The notes beneath the pieces were generated by a model, which saw only the letters and a program-made list of their open reading frames with translations, was not told the origin of the DNA and made no database searches. Made by a program: the position numbers and the translations under genes. A stretch of 64,000 nt of DNA from Candidatus Krumholzibacteriales bacterium (GTDB taxonomy: Bacteria; Krumholzibacteriota; Krumholzibacteriia; Krumholzibacteriales; WJIX01): NCBI GenBank assembly GCA_046483305.1, contig JAWODM010000046.1:72145-136144 (forward strand), read 5' to 3'. Positions 1 to 10,700 of the stretch are shown in pieces (the stretch's first letter is position 1; each line of letters begins with the position of its first letter).

Positions 1-308
1 CGGGCCCCGAAAATATCTCCTTGGCTGCCGGCGGTTATGCAGTAGGTAAACTCCTCATGGTGCAGCAATGCCCTGCCCCCGGTGATCCTTTTAACCAGGT
101 CGATCCCGTCACCCGAGACCGCCCGGAGGTCCAGCGCCTCTTCCGGGTCCTGGTGAAACCCGATACTTATGCAGGGAGGTTCAAACGAATAGGTCCTCAG
201 AATAATCTGGTCGGGATTTCTCCTCACCCTGTTGAAAATGTGCTCGTCTCTCGCCATATTCCGGGCGCCACTCATGGGCCCGTCATCAAGGAAATACCAG
301 CGGGGCAT
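1..308 (-). CDS. Lipoate-protein ligase / octanoyltransferase family protein (LplA/LipM-like), 5' part only; runs off the window edge
   Basis: Not in the ORF track. Manual translation from ATG at 308 (TGATG overlap with the gcvPB stop) gives MPRWYFLDDGPMSGARNMARDEHIF...LRTYSFEPPCISIGFHQ...LVKRITGGRALLHHEEFTYC, matching the family pattern NMAxDE ... S(L/I)GxxQ ... RxTGGxAxxH. Confidence 0.88.
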   Translation of the reverse strand, partial: MPRWYFLDDGPMSGARNMARDEHIFNRVRRNPDQIILRTYSFEPPCISIGFHQDPEEALDLRAVSGDGIDLVKRITGGRALLHHEEFTYCITAGSQGDIFGA

Positions 309-1762
309 CATTTATCCTCTGCAAACTGCTCATCCCACGACCATCGTAAATCGGGATTCCGGGCCGCCCTGACTTCGTCAAGCCTTCTAACCGGGGTGTT
401 TACCGGGGCCTCTTTCAGAAGCTGCGGGTTTTCAGCCGCTTCTCCGGCCACTCTCTCCATAATGGAGGCGAATTGATCCAGGGTCTCTTTCTTTTCGGTC
501 TCCACCGGCTCGATCATTAGAGCCTCACTCACAATAAGAGGAAAATATACAGTGGGAGCGTGGACTCCCAGATCGAGAAGGCGTTTGGCGACGTCCAGGG
601 TCTTGATACCGTACTCCTTGAGGGGATCCGAGGATACGACGAATTCGTGCATGCATGGTCCGGGATACTTCACCGTATAGTGCCTGCCTGTAAGTTTCAT
701 CAGGTAATTCGCGTTGATAATCGCGTTCTCGGATACCTCTCTCAATCCTTCCGCCCCCATCCTGAGTATATAGGCATACGCCTTGATGAAAACGTTGAAA
801 TTTCCGTAGTACGAATGAATCTTGCCGATACTCTTCTCCGAATGGTAATCCAGCTCGTACCGCTCCCCTTTCCTTACCGGGCGGGGAACCGGGAGGTAAT
901 CGGCCAGATGCTCCAGTACCCCTACCGGGCCGGATCCGGGCCCTCCGCCGCCATGGGGAGTGGAAAATGTCTTGTGGAGGTTAACATGCATGATATCTAT
1001 GCCGATTCTTCCGGGGCGAACAATACCCATCAGAGCGTTCATATTCGCTCCGTCCATGTAAATCAGGGCGCCGGCGTCATGCACTATCTCGATAATATCC
1101 CCGATATCCTTTTCAAACAATCCAAGGGTATTGGGCAGGGTAAGCATCAGGACGGCTGTCTTTTCGTCAATCTTCTCCCTCAGCGTATCCGGGTCTATCA
1201 TACCCCTCTGATCAGATTTTACAGTCTCCGGCTTGAATCCGCAGATAGCCACACTGGCCGGATTGGTGCCATGGGCCGAATCAGGTACCAGTACAGTCCT
1301 TCTTGTCTCTCCCCGGTCCCGGAAATAGGCCCTCGCTATCATCATCCCGGCAAGCTCCCCGTGAGCGCCTGCCGCCGGCTGCAGGGAAAAGGCGTCCATC
1401 CCGCATATCTCGCAGAGCGACTCCTGGAGTTTGTACATCACTTCCAGGGCTCCCTGCAGATCATCTGCGTGCTGTTCCGGATGCAGGCCTCCGAATTCGC
1501 CCATCGCCGCCAGCTCCTCGTTAATCACCGGATTGTACTTCATGGTGCAGCTGCCCAGGGGGTATATTCCCTTATCTATATGGTAATTTCTGGAGGCGAG
1601 CTCGCAGAAATGCCTGATCACTCCCTGTTCTCCGATCCGGGGAAGGTTCATGGGGGAGCTCCTCTGAATCACCAGTTTGTCCCGGTCGACCGGACAATCA
1701 TTCTCCGGTATGTAATCGCCGCTTCTTCCGTTGATACCCTTCTCAAATATCGTCTTACTCAT
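308..1762 (-). CDS. gcvPB: Glycine dehydrogenase (decarboxylating) subunit 2
   Basis: PLGSCTMKYNP, QPAAGAHGE, PDSAHGTNPAS, PLP lysine motif NLHKTFSTPHGGGGPG; ATG at 1762 after GGAGG. Confidence 0.97.
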   Translation of the reverse strand: MSKTIFEKGINGRSGDYIPENDCPVDRDKLVIQRSSPMNLPRIGEQGVIRHFCELASRNYHIDKGIYPLGSCTMKYNPVINEELAAMGEFGGLHPEQHADDLQGALEVMYKLQESLCEICGMDAFSLQPAAGAHGELAGMMIARAYFRDRGETRRTVLVPDSAHGTNPASVAICGFKPETVKSDQRGMIDPDTLREKIDEKTAVLMLTLPNTLGLFEKDIGDIIEIVHDAGALIYMDGANMNALMGIVRPGRIGIDIMHVNLHKTFSTPHGGGGPGSGPVGVLEHLADYLPVPRPVRKGERYELDYHSEKSIGKIHSYYGNFNVFIKAYAYILRMGAEGLREVSENAIINANYLMKLTGRHYTVKYPGPCMHEFVVSSDPLKEYGIKTLDVAKRLLDLGVHAPTVYFPLIVSEALMIEPVETEKKETLDQFASIMERVAGEAAENPQLLKEAPVNTPVRRLDEVRAARNPDLRWSWDEQFAEDK

Positions 1763-3113
1763 GGCCACCTCCAATCCCCGCCGCTATATCCCTGTAGAGT
1801 TCCAGTTCTTCTCTCTTCCTTTTTTCGGTAACCGATACCAGCAGGGCGGAATCTCCCAGCTCCGGAAAGTCGGAACCAACGGGAATTCCCGGCAGCAGCC
1901 CTTCCTTTCTGGCGATCTCGATAAACCTGTCGGCCCCGACCGGCAATTCCAGAATGAACTCCTGGAAGAAATCACCGCTGAATACAGGCCGGAATCCGGG
2001 TATTTCGGTCAGCATGTCGTACAACGCCCGGGATTTGGAGGCGCTCTGAAGAGCCACTTCCCGGAATCCCTCTTCTCCCAGCGTGGACAGGTACACCGTT
2101 GCGGCAAGAGCGCAAAGCCCCTGGTTGGTGCAGATATTAGAAGTCGCCTTCTCTCTTCTGATATGCTGCTCCCTGGTCTGGAGAGTCATAACGTAACCAC
2201 GCCTGCCGTCAACATCAACAGTGCCGCTTATAAGCCGCCCCGGACATTTCCTTACATACTTTTCCCTGGCCGCGATAAACCCTATCAGGGGGCCTCCGAA
2301 ACTCTGGGGAAGGCCCAGCGACTGCCCCTCGCCCACCGCTATATCCGCGCCGTACTCTCCCGGCGGTGAGAGCAACGCCAGCGAAACCGGTTCCACATAT
2401 GCGATCATCAGGGCGGGTGATTCGTTCACTATGCCGGCTATCCGGGAGGTGTCCTCGACCACGCCGAAATAGTTAGGCTGGGCGGTCACCACCGCGGCCA
2501 CCTCCGGGGTCAGGGCCTTCTCGAGCTCCTCTATATCGACTGTTCCCCGATCGGTATAGGGAAGATACCGAAGCTCTACACTCTTGCCCACCGAATAGGA
2601 TTTGAGTACATCCCTGATTCTCCGCGGAAGCGAAGAGGGCAGAAGCACCAGGTTCTTTTTCCTTACCGCGCAGGCCATCAGAATCGATTCCGCCAGAGCG
2701 GTGGCTCCGTCATAAAGCGAGGCGTTAGCCACATCCATCCCGGTAAGCCCGCATATCATGCTCTGATATTCATATATCGCCTGCAGGGTCCCCTGGCTCA
2801 CTTCAGCCTGATAGGGAGTATAGGAAGTGTAGAATTCATTCCTGGAAAGGACAAACCTGACGGTGGCCGGAATGATGCGGTCGTAAATCCCGCCTCCCAG
2901 GAAACTGGCCATCTCCGAGGAGGGCCTGTTCCCGGATGCGATCTCCCTGAATCTGTCTACTATTTCAGATTCCGACATCCGGCCCGGAAGATCAAGTTCT
3001 CCCTCTACCCTGAACCGCTCCGGAACCGGCTCCAGCAGCTCGTCCAGGGAAGATACACCGATCGTTTCCAGCATCTTCTTTCTGTCTTCATCAGTATTCT
3101 GAACGTAACTCAT
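1755..3113 (-). CDS. gcvPA: Glycine dehydrogenase (decarboxylating) subunit 1
   Basis: YTSYTPYQAEVSQG, NASLYDGATA, TREQHIRREKATSNICTNQ. Confidence 0.97.
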   Translation of the reverse strand: MSYVQNTDEDRKKMLETIGVSSLDELLEPVPERFRVEGELDLPGRMSESEIVDRFREIASGNRPSSEMASFLGGGIYDRIIPATVRFVLSRNEFYTSYTPYQAEVSQGTLQAIYEYQSMICGLTGMDVANASLYDGATALAESILMACAVRKKNLVLLPSSLPRRIRDVLKSYSVGKSVELRYLPYTDRGTVDIEELEKALTPEVAAVVTAQPNYFGVVEDTSRIAGIVNESPALMIAYVEPVSLALLSPPGEYGADIAVGEGQSLGLPQSFGGPLIGFIAAREKYVRKCPGRLISGTVDVDGRRGYVMTLQTREQHIRREKATSNICTNQGLCALAATVYLSTLGEEGFREVALQSASKSRALYDMLTEIPGFRPVFSGDFFQEFILELPVGADRFIEIARKEGLLPGIPVGSDFPELGDSALLVSVTEKRKREELELYRDIAAGIGGGHE

Positions 3114-3177
3114 CAATTATCCTTTGTGCTGATCGACAACCGCTCCCGGGTCCCGGAGAGGACCGGAAAACGGCCTG

Positions 3178-3555
3178 TTACTCGCCTATGAACTCCTTAT
3201 ACTGCTCGAAATCGAGCATCTCATTAATTTCACTGTCGTCTTCTACCTTTATTTTGAGGAACCATCCGTCTTCGTAGGGAGATTCCTTGATCAGCCCCGG
3301 ATCGTCCACGATATCATTATTTATCTCAACCACTTCGCCGGAAACCGGTGAGAAGAGGTCCGCCACTGTCTTGACCGCCTCGATAGTTCCTATCGAATCC
3401 CTCTGCTGAACAGGCTCGCCTACCTCGGGAAGCTCAACGAAGACTATATCCCCCAGCTCCTCACAGGCATATTTGCTGATCCCCACCACCGCGACGCCAT
3501 CTTCGATATATACCCATTCGTGTTCCTCGGTGAATCTGAATTCTTCCATATTCAT
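3178..3555 (-). CDS. gcvH: Glycine cleavage system H protein
   Basis: FTEEHEW, LGDIVFVELP, lipoyl-lysine motif IEAVKT, PYEDGW. Confidence 0.97.
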   Translation of the reverse strand: MNMEEFRFTEEHEWVYIEDGVAVVGISKYACEELGDIVFVELPEVGEPVQQRDSIGTIEAVKTVADLFSPVSGEVVEINNDIVDDPGLIKESPYEDGWFLKIKVEDDSEINEMLDFEQYKEFIGE

Positions 3556-3577
3556 GCTCTACACCCGCCTTTCTTGT

Positions 3578-4684
3578 TCAGTCCCTGACCCTTCCCTGAT
3601 AGAAGGGCAGTTTTACCCGTTTCGCTTTCTTCTTTTCTCCTCTGATATCTATTTCAAACTCCCTGACCTGCCTGGGTACGGTCCGCTCGATCAATGCCAT
3701 GGCAAGCGGCTTCTTCAGGGTGGGAGCGAAAGTTCCGGAGGTGACACTTCCGGATTTTTCTCCTTCAGCGTAAACGTCAAATCCCTGCCTGGGAATACCC
3801 CGGCCGGCCATCTCCAGGCCGATAAGCTTTCTTTCCGGTTTGTTCTTCTTTTCCTCGACAAGAGAGTCCTTCCCAACGAAGTCATCCTTGTCCAGTTTGA
3901 CCACCCAGGAGAGCCTGGCCTCCAGCGGGGAAGTCTCCTCGTTTATCTCGTGTCCGTACAGGCAGTATCCGGCTTCGAATCTCAGGGTATCCCTGGCCCC
4001 AAGGCCCGCCGGCTGAGCGCCAAGTTCTGCCCCATTATCCAGCAAATCCTCCCAGGCTTCCACCACCTGGTCCGGGGGCAGATATATCTCGTAACCTTTT
4101 TCCCCGGTGTAACCGGTCCTGGAGATGATCACCTCTTCACCCCGGTTGCCGAAGGTGAAGAAATTATAGTAATTCAGCTCCCGCAGCCTGTCTCTTACCG
4201 GAGTGAATACCCCGCTTTTGAGCAGCAGCTCCAGGGAGAGCGGACCCTGAACCGCTATCTGAGCTATATCATCTGATTTATTGTTAACATCTACACCATC
4301 CCAGGCGATGCTCTTCAGGTGGCGGTATATTTTTTCGTAATTGGCCGCGTTGGCTACAAACAGAATCCTCTTTTCAGAGAACCGATAAACCAGCAGGTCG
4401 TCCAGGATACCTCCGTCATCCCTGCAGCAGACAGTGTAGCATATACCCCCTTCATCAAGAGAATCCACCCGGTTGGTAACAGCGTAATCCGCAAACTCCA
4501 GGGCCCGGTCCCCGGTAATCTCTATCTCTCCCATGTGGCTTACATCGAATAGTCCAACTTTCTCGCGGACGGCATTGTGTTCCCTGACTATCCCGGTGTA
4601 AGAGACCGGCATCATGAAACCGGCGAAATCCACCATCCTGCCTCCGCTCTCAACGTGATTCCGGTAGAGAGCTGTTTTCTTCAT
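3578..4684 (-). CDS. gcvT: Glycine cleavage system aminomethyltransferase T
   Basis: FAGFMMP, FDVSHMGE, SRTGYTGEKGYE, GLGARDTLRFEAG; probable start MKKTALY at 4684. Confidence 0.97.
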   Translation of the reverse strand: MKKTALYRNHVESGGRMVDFAGFMMPVSYTGIVREHNAVREKVGLFDVSHMGEIEITGDRALEFADYAVTNRVDSLDEGGICYTVCCRDDGGILDDLLVYRFSEKRILFVANAANYEKIYRHLKSIAWDGVDVNNKSDDIAQIAVQGPLSLELLLKSGVFTPVRDRLRELNYYNFFTFGNRGEEVIISRTGYTGEKGYEIYLPPDQVVEAWEDLLDNGAELGAQPAGLGARDTLRFEAGYCLYGHEINEETSPLEARLSWVVKLDKDDFVGKDSLVEEKKNKPERKLIGLEMAGRGIPRQGFDVYAEGEKSGSVTSGTFAPTLKKPLAMALIERTVPRQVREFEIDIRGEKKKAKRVKLPFYQGRVRD

Positions 4685-4723
4685 ACTGCCTTTCTCCAAT
4701 CCGCCTGGCCATCAGGCTGTTCC

Positions 4724-4776
4724 AAAAACCGGCCGCGGGCCCGGGGTGCCCTTTTTCAGGGCAGCCGGCCCGGCCG
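4724..4776 (-). terminator. GC-rich hairpin followed by U5 downstream of uvrA; possible intrinsic terminator
   Basis: Minus strand CGGCCG..TGCCCT-GAAAA-AGGGCA..CGGCCG-G-TTTTT. Confidence 0.45.
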
Positions 4777-4810
4777 CGAACGGTATCCCAAGAAGACTAA
4801 CATAATAAAA

Positions 4811-7705
4811 TCAGTTTTTCCTGACATATTTGTTCAATATCCTGCCTGTGTAAGAACTCCGGCAGCCCAGAATATCGGCCGGGCTGCCGCTGAAAACTAT
4901 CTCTCCGCCCCGGGCCCCGCCTTCCGGGCCAAGGTCTATTATATGATCGGCGTGCCTTATAACATCGGGGTTATGCTCGATAACGATTACCGTATTTCCC
5001 CGGTCTACCAGTCTGTTTAAAAGGTTCATCAGCAGTTTGACGTCCTCAAAATGCAGGCCCGTGCTGGGTTCATCGAGTATATACAGGGTACTCCCGGTAC
5101 CCTTCCTGGACAGTTCCGAGGCCAGTTTGACCCGCTGGGCTTCACCGCCGGAGAGGGTCGTCGCCGACTGCCCAAGTCGAATATAACCGAGACCGACATC
5201 TTTTAAAACCTTTAATCTCCGTTTTACGGCTGGAATATTCTCAAAGAAATTGTATGCTTCGTCAACGGTTAAATCCAGTACCTCCGCAATATTCAAATTC
5301 CTGTAAGTGACATCCAGGGTCTCCCGGTTATATCTCTTCCCCCCGCATTTATGACAGGTGACGTATACATCGGGCAGAAAATGCATTTCGATCTTTCTGA
5401 CCCCTCCCCCTCCGCATTCCTCACACCTTCCCCCCTTTACATTGAAACTGAATCTCCCCGGGCGGTATCCCCTCATTCTGGAAACCGGGAGTTCGGAGAA
5501 CAGCTTCCTCACCGGAGTGAATATTCCGGTGTAAGTTGCCGGATTTGAGCGGGGAGTTCTTCCTATGGGGGACTGATCGATATTAACGACTTTATCTATA
5601 TGTTCCGCCCCCCTGATCGTTCCGTATTCCAGCGGAAGGCTCTTGCTTCTGTAGAACATCCTTCGCAGAGCCGCGTAGAGAGTGTCGCAGACCAGGGTGC
5701 TCTTGCCCGAACCGGAAACACCGGTAACGCATATCAGTTTCCCCAGGGGGAATTCAGCATCAATCCCCTTCAGGTTATTTCCCCTGCTTCCCTCCAGAAC
5801 CAATTCCTTCCCCTGGTCCCTTTCGGAGCCGTCCTTGAGCTCGAAATACTGCTCACTCGCCAGGTAACGCCCGGTAAGGCTTTTCTTCGATGCCATCACG
5901 CTGCCGCTGTCCCCCTCGGCAACCAGCCTGCCTCCCAGCTCTCCCGCCCCGGGTCCCAGATCTATTATATGGTCGGCCGCCATAATGGTTTCCCTGTCAT
6001 GTTCTATTACCACTACCGTATTCCCGGCTTCGCTCATACTCTTGAGAGCGGATATCAGCCTGGCGTTATCTCTCTGGTGCAGCCCTATGGTGGGTTCATC
6101 CAGAATATATAGAACCCCCACCAGTTTAGTCCCCAGCTGGGTGGCAAGCCTGATACGCTGAATTTCGCCTCCTGCCAGGGTGTCGGCCGAACGGGACAGG
6201 GTCAGATAATCAAGCCCGACATTTACAAGGAAATCCAGCCGCTCTGTAATTTCATTCATAAGCGGAGCGGCGATCATCTTCCTGTTGCCCTCGAATGAAA
6301 GGTTCCTGAAAAACACGGAGATATCTTCTATGGACATATCCGTTACCCCGGTAATATTCATTCCGTTCAGGGTTACCGCCAGCCCCTCCTCCCTGAGTCT
6401 CATCCCTCCGCACCGGGAACACTTCTCCCTGGTCATGAAATCCTCGCACCAGCTCCTGATCCTTCCCGAATCGGTCTGGTGGTAACGCCGTCTCAGATTG
6501 GGGATGATCCCTTCCCATTCGGTTACGTATTCTCCATGACCCTTTTCGAAATCGTACTTCACTACTATCTCACCGTCTGAACCGTGAAGGATAATATCCA
6601 CAGCTTCACCGGGCAGTTCGCTGAAAGGCGCCTCCAGCGAAAACCCGTATTCCCGGGACAGAGCCCTCAATCTCTGCCCAAACCAGTTATCCTTGAGTTT
6701 CCCCACCGAAGCGATCGCGCCGTCCTCTATGGAAAGGGACCTGTCCGGCACGATAATTTCCGGGGAAAAGTCCATGGTGGTTCCCAGCCCGTGACATTCG
6801 GGACAAGCTCCGTAGGGAGAGTTGAACGAGAACAGCCGGGGAGAGATCTCCCTGAAACTTATATTGCAGTAGGGGCAGGAGTGTTCAAGGCTGAAAAAGA
6901 CCTCTCTGTCCCCGCCGATCAGGGCCAGAATTACGCCGCCGGCGGCATTCAGAGCGGTTTCCACCGAATCGGCCATCCTATCCCGGCTCTCCGGCCTGAT
7001 TCGGAGCCTGTCCACTACCACTTCCAGGTCATGCTTCCTGTTCCCGTTGATGCTGATATCTTCATCTATACCGTGAATCTCTCCGTCCAGGCGGATACGG
7101 GTGTAACCCTTCCCGGCCAGCTGATTCAGCAGCGCTTTGTGCTTGCCTTTCTTTCCCCGGACCATCGGAGCCATAATAACCAGCCTGGTTCCCTCCTCTT
7201 CCATGGAGAGAGTGTCGACTATCTGGGAAACCGACTGCCTGGATATCTCCCTGCCGCACCCCGGACAGTGCGGGATGCCCGCTCTGGCATACAGGACTCT
7301 GAGATAATCGTATATCTCAGTTATGGTTCCCACAGTGGACCTGGGGTTTCTGGATATTTTCCTCTGATCGATTGATATCGCCGGAGAAAGCCCCTCGATG
7401 CTGTCCACATCCGGTTTTTCCATCTGCTCCAGGAACTGGCGCGCGTAACTGGAAAGCGATTCCACATAGCGTCTCTGGCCTTCAGCATATATGGTATCGT
7501 AAGCGAGGGAGGATTTGCCCGAACCGCTCAGGCCGGTTATTACCACGAACCTGTTCCGGGGTATTCTTACAGTTATATTCTTGAGATTGTGTTCTCTGGC
7601 TCCCCTGACAATCAGATAATCCCTGTCATTCTCAGAACTTTTCACCATGGAGGCGTTTACTCTCTTCTTTTTACTTCTGTCCGTCTGTCTGTTTCTGCCT
7701 GTCAT
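4811..7705 (-). CDS. uvrA: Excinuclease ABC subunit A
   Basis: GAREHNLKN, two Walker A motifs (GLSGSGKSS, GVSGSGKST), Zn fingers, LSGGEAQR; the start may instead be ATG 7648. Confidence 0.98.
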   Translation of the reverse strand: MTGRNRQTDRSKKKRVNASMVKSSENDRDYLIVRGAREHNLKNITVRIPRNRFVVITGLSGSGKSSLAYDTIYAEGQRRYVESLSSYARQFLEQMEKPDVDSIEGLSPAISIDQRKISRNPRSTVGTITEIYDYLRVLYARAGIPHCPGCGREISRQSVSQIVDTLSMEEEGTRLVIMAPMVRGKKGKHKALLNQLAGKGYTRIRLDGEIHGIDEDISINGNRKHDLEVVVDRLRIRPESRDRMADSVETALNAAGGVILALIGGDREVFFSLEHSCPYCNISFREISPRLFSFNSPYGACPECHGLGTTMDFSPEIIVPDRSLSIEDGAIASVGKLKDNWFGQRLRALSREYGFSLEAPFSELPGEAVDIILHGSDGEIVVKYDFEKGHGEYVTEWEGIIPNLRRRYHQTDSGRIRSWCEDFMTREKCSRCGGMRLREEGLAVTLNGMNITGVTDMSIEDISVFFRNLSFEGNRKMIAAPLMNEITERLDFLVNVGLDYLTLSRSADTLAGGEIQRIRLATQLGTKLVGVLYILDEPTIGLHQRDNARLISALKSMSEAGNTVVVIEHDRETIMAADHIIDLGPGAGELGGRLVAEGDSGSVMASKKSLTGRYLASEQYFELKDGSERDQGKELVLEGSRGNNLKGIDAEFPLGKLICVTGVSGSGKSTLVCDTLYAALRRMFYRSKSLPLEYGTIRGAEHIDKVVNIDQSPIGRTPRSNPATYTGIFTPVRKLFSELPVSRMRGYRPGRFSFNVKGGRCEECGGGGVRKIEMHFLPDVYVTCHKCGGKRYNRETLDVTYRNLNIAEVLDLTVDEAYNFFENIPAVKRRLKVLKDVGLGYIRLGQSATTLSGGEAQRVKLASELSRKGTGSTLYILDEPSTGLHFEDVKLLMNLLNRLVDRGNTVIVIEHNPDVIRHADHIIDLGPEGGARGGEIVFSGSPADILGCRSSYTGRILNKYVRKN

Positions 7706-10700
7706 TCATCTGCTGAAGATACCCGGCGGCTATCCTTCCCCAGTCCGATCCCTCTCCATACTTCTCCAGCACCGCTCTGTATATACCGGCCGCTTCATCG
7801 TTTCTTCCCATTTTGCGGTAACACCCGGCCGCTTCCAGCCTGGAGGTAACTCCCCACATCCCTCCCGTTCTCAGATAGGGTACCCGCAGGAACTGCCTGA
7901 CCGCGTCATCGTATTCGCCCAGATTCTTGAGGTTGATCCCTATCCAGTAATATGCTCTTCCCAGTTCACCCTCCTCGGCTGTAATGGACGTTATTCTGGA
8001 GTAGACATCCCGGGCAAGCCTGTACTGGCCCGATTGCCCGTAGGCAAAACCGAGGTTAAAGAGAATATCCACGATGTCGTCTCTGGCCGGGTAATCCTCC
8101 ACTAACCTGAACCATACCGAGGCGGCCTGTTCCCAGTTTTCCATCTTCTGGTAAATATTGGCCAGATTCCTGAGGGCCCTGAATCTCAAATCCCGGTCGG
8201 GGCAGGATTCCGAAGCCAGTGAATAATTTCTGGCGGCCAGATTCATCTTCTCCAGTTTTGACTGAACGAAAGCCAGCTTGAACGCCGCCGCGCAGGATAG
8301 GGAAGAATGAGGAGCCTCGCGCAGGTGCCTTACCAGTTTCTCCTCGGCCTCCCGGTACCCGCCGCTGTTAATATCACAGAGGGCCAGGTAGTACAGAGAC
8401 TCATCCGAATAATCATCATACCGGCCTGCCAGAGAATCGAAAAGCTGCCTGGCGTCGCCGTACCGTTCATTTTCAATAAGCATTCTGCCCTTCTCCAGAA
8501 TAACCTCCGGTATCCGCCGGTCGGATGGGTAACGCTCTCTGAGAAGGGACAGGTCAGCGTCCGCGCTATCTATCATTCCCGCCCGGTACCGCGCCACCGC
8601 CCGGCCTGCCAGTATCCGCAAACTGTCCGTTTCTTCGTATCTGAGAGCCCCCGAGAATAATTTCTCGGCCTCCCCGTAATCACCCTGCTTCAAAAGGATC
8701 TCGGCGTAAACAATCCGGTTGTCCGGGCTGCCGGTCATCCTTACCAGCTCGCTGAAATACTCTTCCGCCCTGCTGTAATTTCCCGCCTGAAGATTTTTCC
8801 TGCCGAGTTTCTCCATTGCCCTTGCCCTGATGCTGCTGCCGGCATTCTCTTTCTCCAGAAGAGCGATATACACTGAATCAGCCTTTTCTCCCTTCCCCAT
8901 CTTCTCCAGGGCAAGAGCCCTTCTGAAATCAGCCACTGCCGCCGCCTGGCTCCCCGGGCTCCGCTCCGAAACTGAGCTGTACTCCTCTTCGGCCCCGCTG
9001 TAATCCTTGAGATAAAAGTGGCAATCACCCTTCCTGAGCCGGCAGTTCACCCGCATCCCGCCAGCCCCGCAGTCAAGGCAGTACTGGAAGGCTTCCTTTG
9101 CTTTTCCGTATTGTTTCAACTTAATGCGGAGTTCACCGAGGTCATAGCCGGCTTGCGGGTCACATCCGCAGGAGGGGAACTTTCCGGTATATTCAGATAG
9201 CAGGGACGCCGCTCGAGCGTCGTCACCCTTCCGCTCATATATATAAGCCCTCTTCCTGGTTATCTCGGCCATATCGCATTCAGGAGGAGAAAGCGCCCCC
9301 CATTGCCTGCATGCCGCCAGCGCGCTGTCGGCGGCCCATCCGGCGCCGCTCTCAGCCGCAGCGAAAAGGTATCCGGCTTTCTTCTTAAGGGCCCAGATAC
9401 TGCTTTCCCTGCTCCCATAGTATTCCATATACTTATCGAGCCCGGACAGGCGCCGGGACAGATCCCAGCTTTCCAGCTTCCGCTCCAGATAGGACCGGTA
9501 AGACTTTTCCCCCCAGCTGGTACCGCTGTATCTGTTTGCCCCGGTTCTCCAGTGGGAAAGAGCTTTTTCGAGGTCATCCTCCCTCTTCTCCCCGCCCGGG
9601 AGACTTCTCTTATATCTGTCCGAGTAAGCCTTACCCAGATAGAATTCAAGCCTGGCAGCATCCTCCCCGGAGAGCTCTCGCGAAGCGGCTTCTTCCAGCA
9701 TAGCCAGGGCCTGGTCAATCAACGAATAATCAAGGTAGGTCCCCGCTGCATCTATCAGCAGAGATCCCGGAACCTCTTCGCCGAGCAGGAGCCGGTGCAC
9801 CGATCCCGCGAAATCCCGATCCGCCTTCGGCCGGAGATTTATCAGCTCCAGTCTTCTTCCGGCTTCAGCCTCTCTCTCCCCCCCGGGAAATTCCTCGATA
9901 ACCTTCCGGTAAAGGGCCGCGGCGCCATCCAGGTCGCCTGCCGATTCCCTTATCCCGGCGGCGTTGAAAAGGGCTTTCTCCCTCAATTCAGGTGCCGCGT
10001 ACGAAGCGGCTTCTTCCCACAGGCCCGCCGCTGCCAGGGTATCATTCAATTCAGAGATATAGAGCCGTGCGAGTTCGGCCAGGGCTTTGCCCTTCAGTCC
10101 GGGCTCCAGCCCCTCTGAAAGAGCCATCCTGTAGAACCTGGCAGATTCAGGATACCGGCCCTTCCGGGAATTCAGCTCCGCTCTCAGAAGAAGTATCTCA
10201 GGCGAATAAACCGCCCCGGGATACCTGTCCGACATTTTTTCCAGTTCTTTCAGAGCCTCGTCCGTTTTTCCTCTTTCCCCCTGAATCCGGGCTTTCATGG
10301 CATAGGTCCAGCCGGTGGAATCAGCCTGCGGATACTCGGTCCTGTACCTGTCTATAAGGCCCAGGGCCTTTTCTCCATTCTCCCTCAAACCTGAAGCCCG
10401 TATCGCGAAACGGTATACATCGATTCTTCTTTCTCCGTCTTCAAAGATTGACAGATAGCGCCGCGATTTTTCCAGAACCTGCTCCGGGTTTCCAGTTTCG
10501 GAGTAGAGAAGTATCAGGTTGAAAATCCCCTTCTCCCGGAGATTTTCTTCCTGGCGGGTTTCCAGTATCCTGCTGAAATACTCTTCAGCCCGGTCAGTCC
10601 TGCCCGATGAAGCGGCATCTTTGCCCAGCTTGAGTAAAGCCATGCCGGCCAGCGGTGAATCAGGGTATTTTTCAGTGATGGTTTCCAGTTCACGGCAGGC

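Noticed and set aside
560..1831. 423-aa plus-strand ORF
   Set aside because: Antisense shadow of gcvPB; no recognisable motifs
4685..4810. Glycine riboswitch upstream of gcvT
   Set aside because: The spacer is only about 125 nt and I find no GGAGA...CCGAAG...CUCUCAGG-type aptamer core; it is explained by a GC-rich terminator-like hairpin
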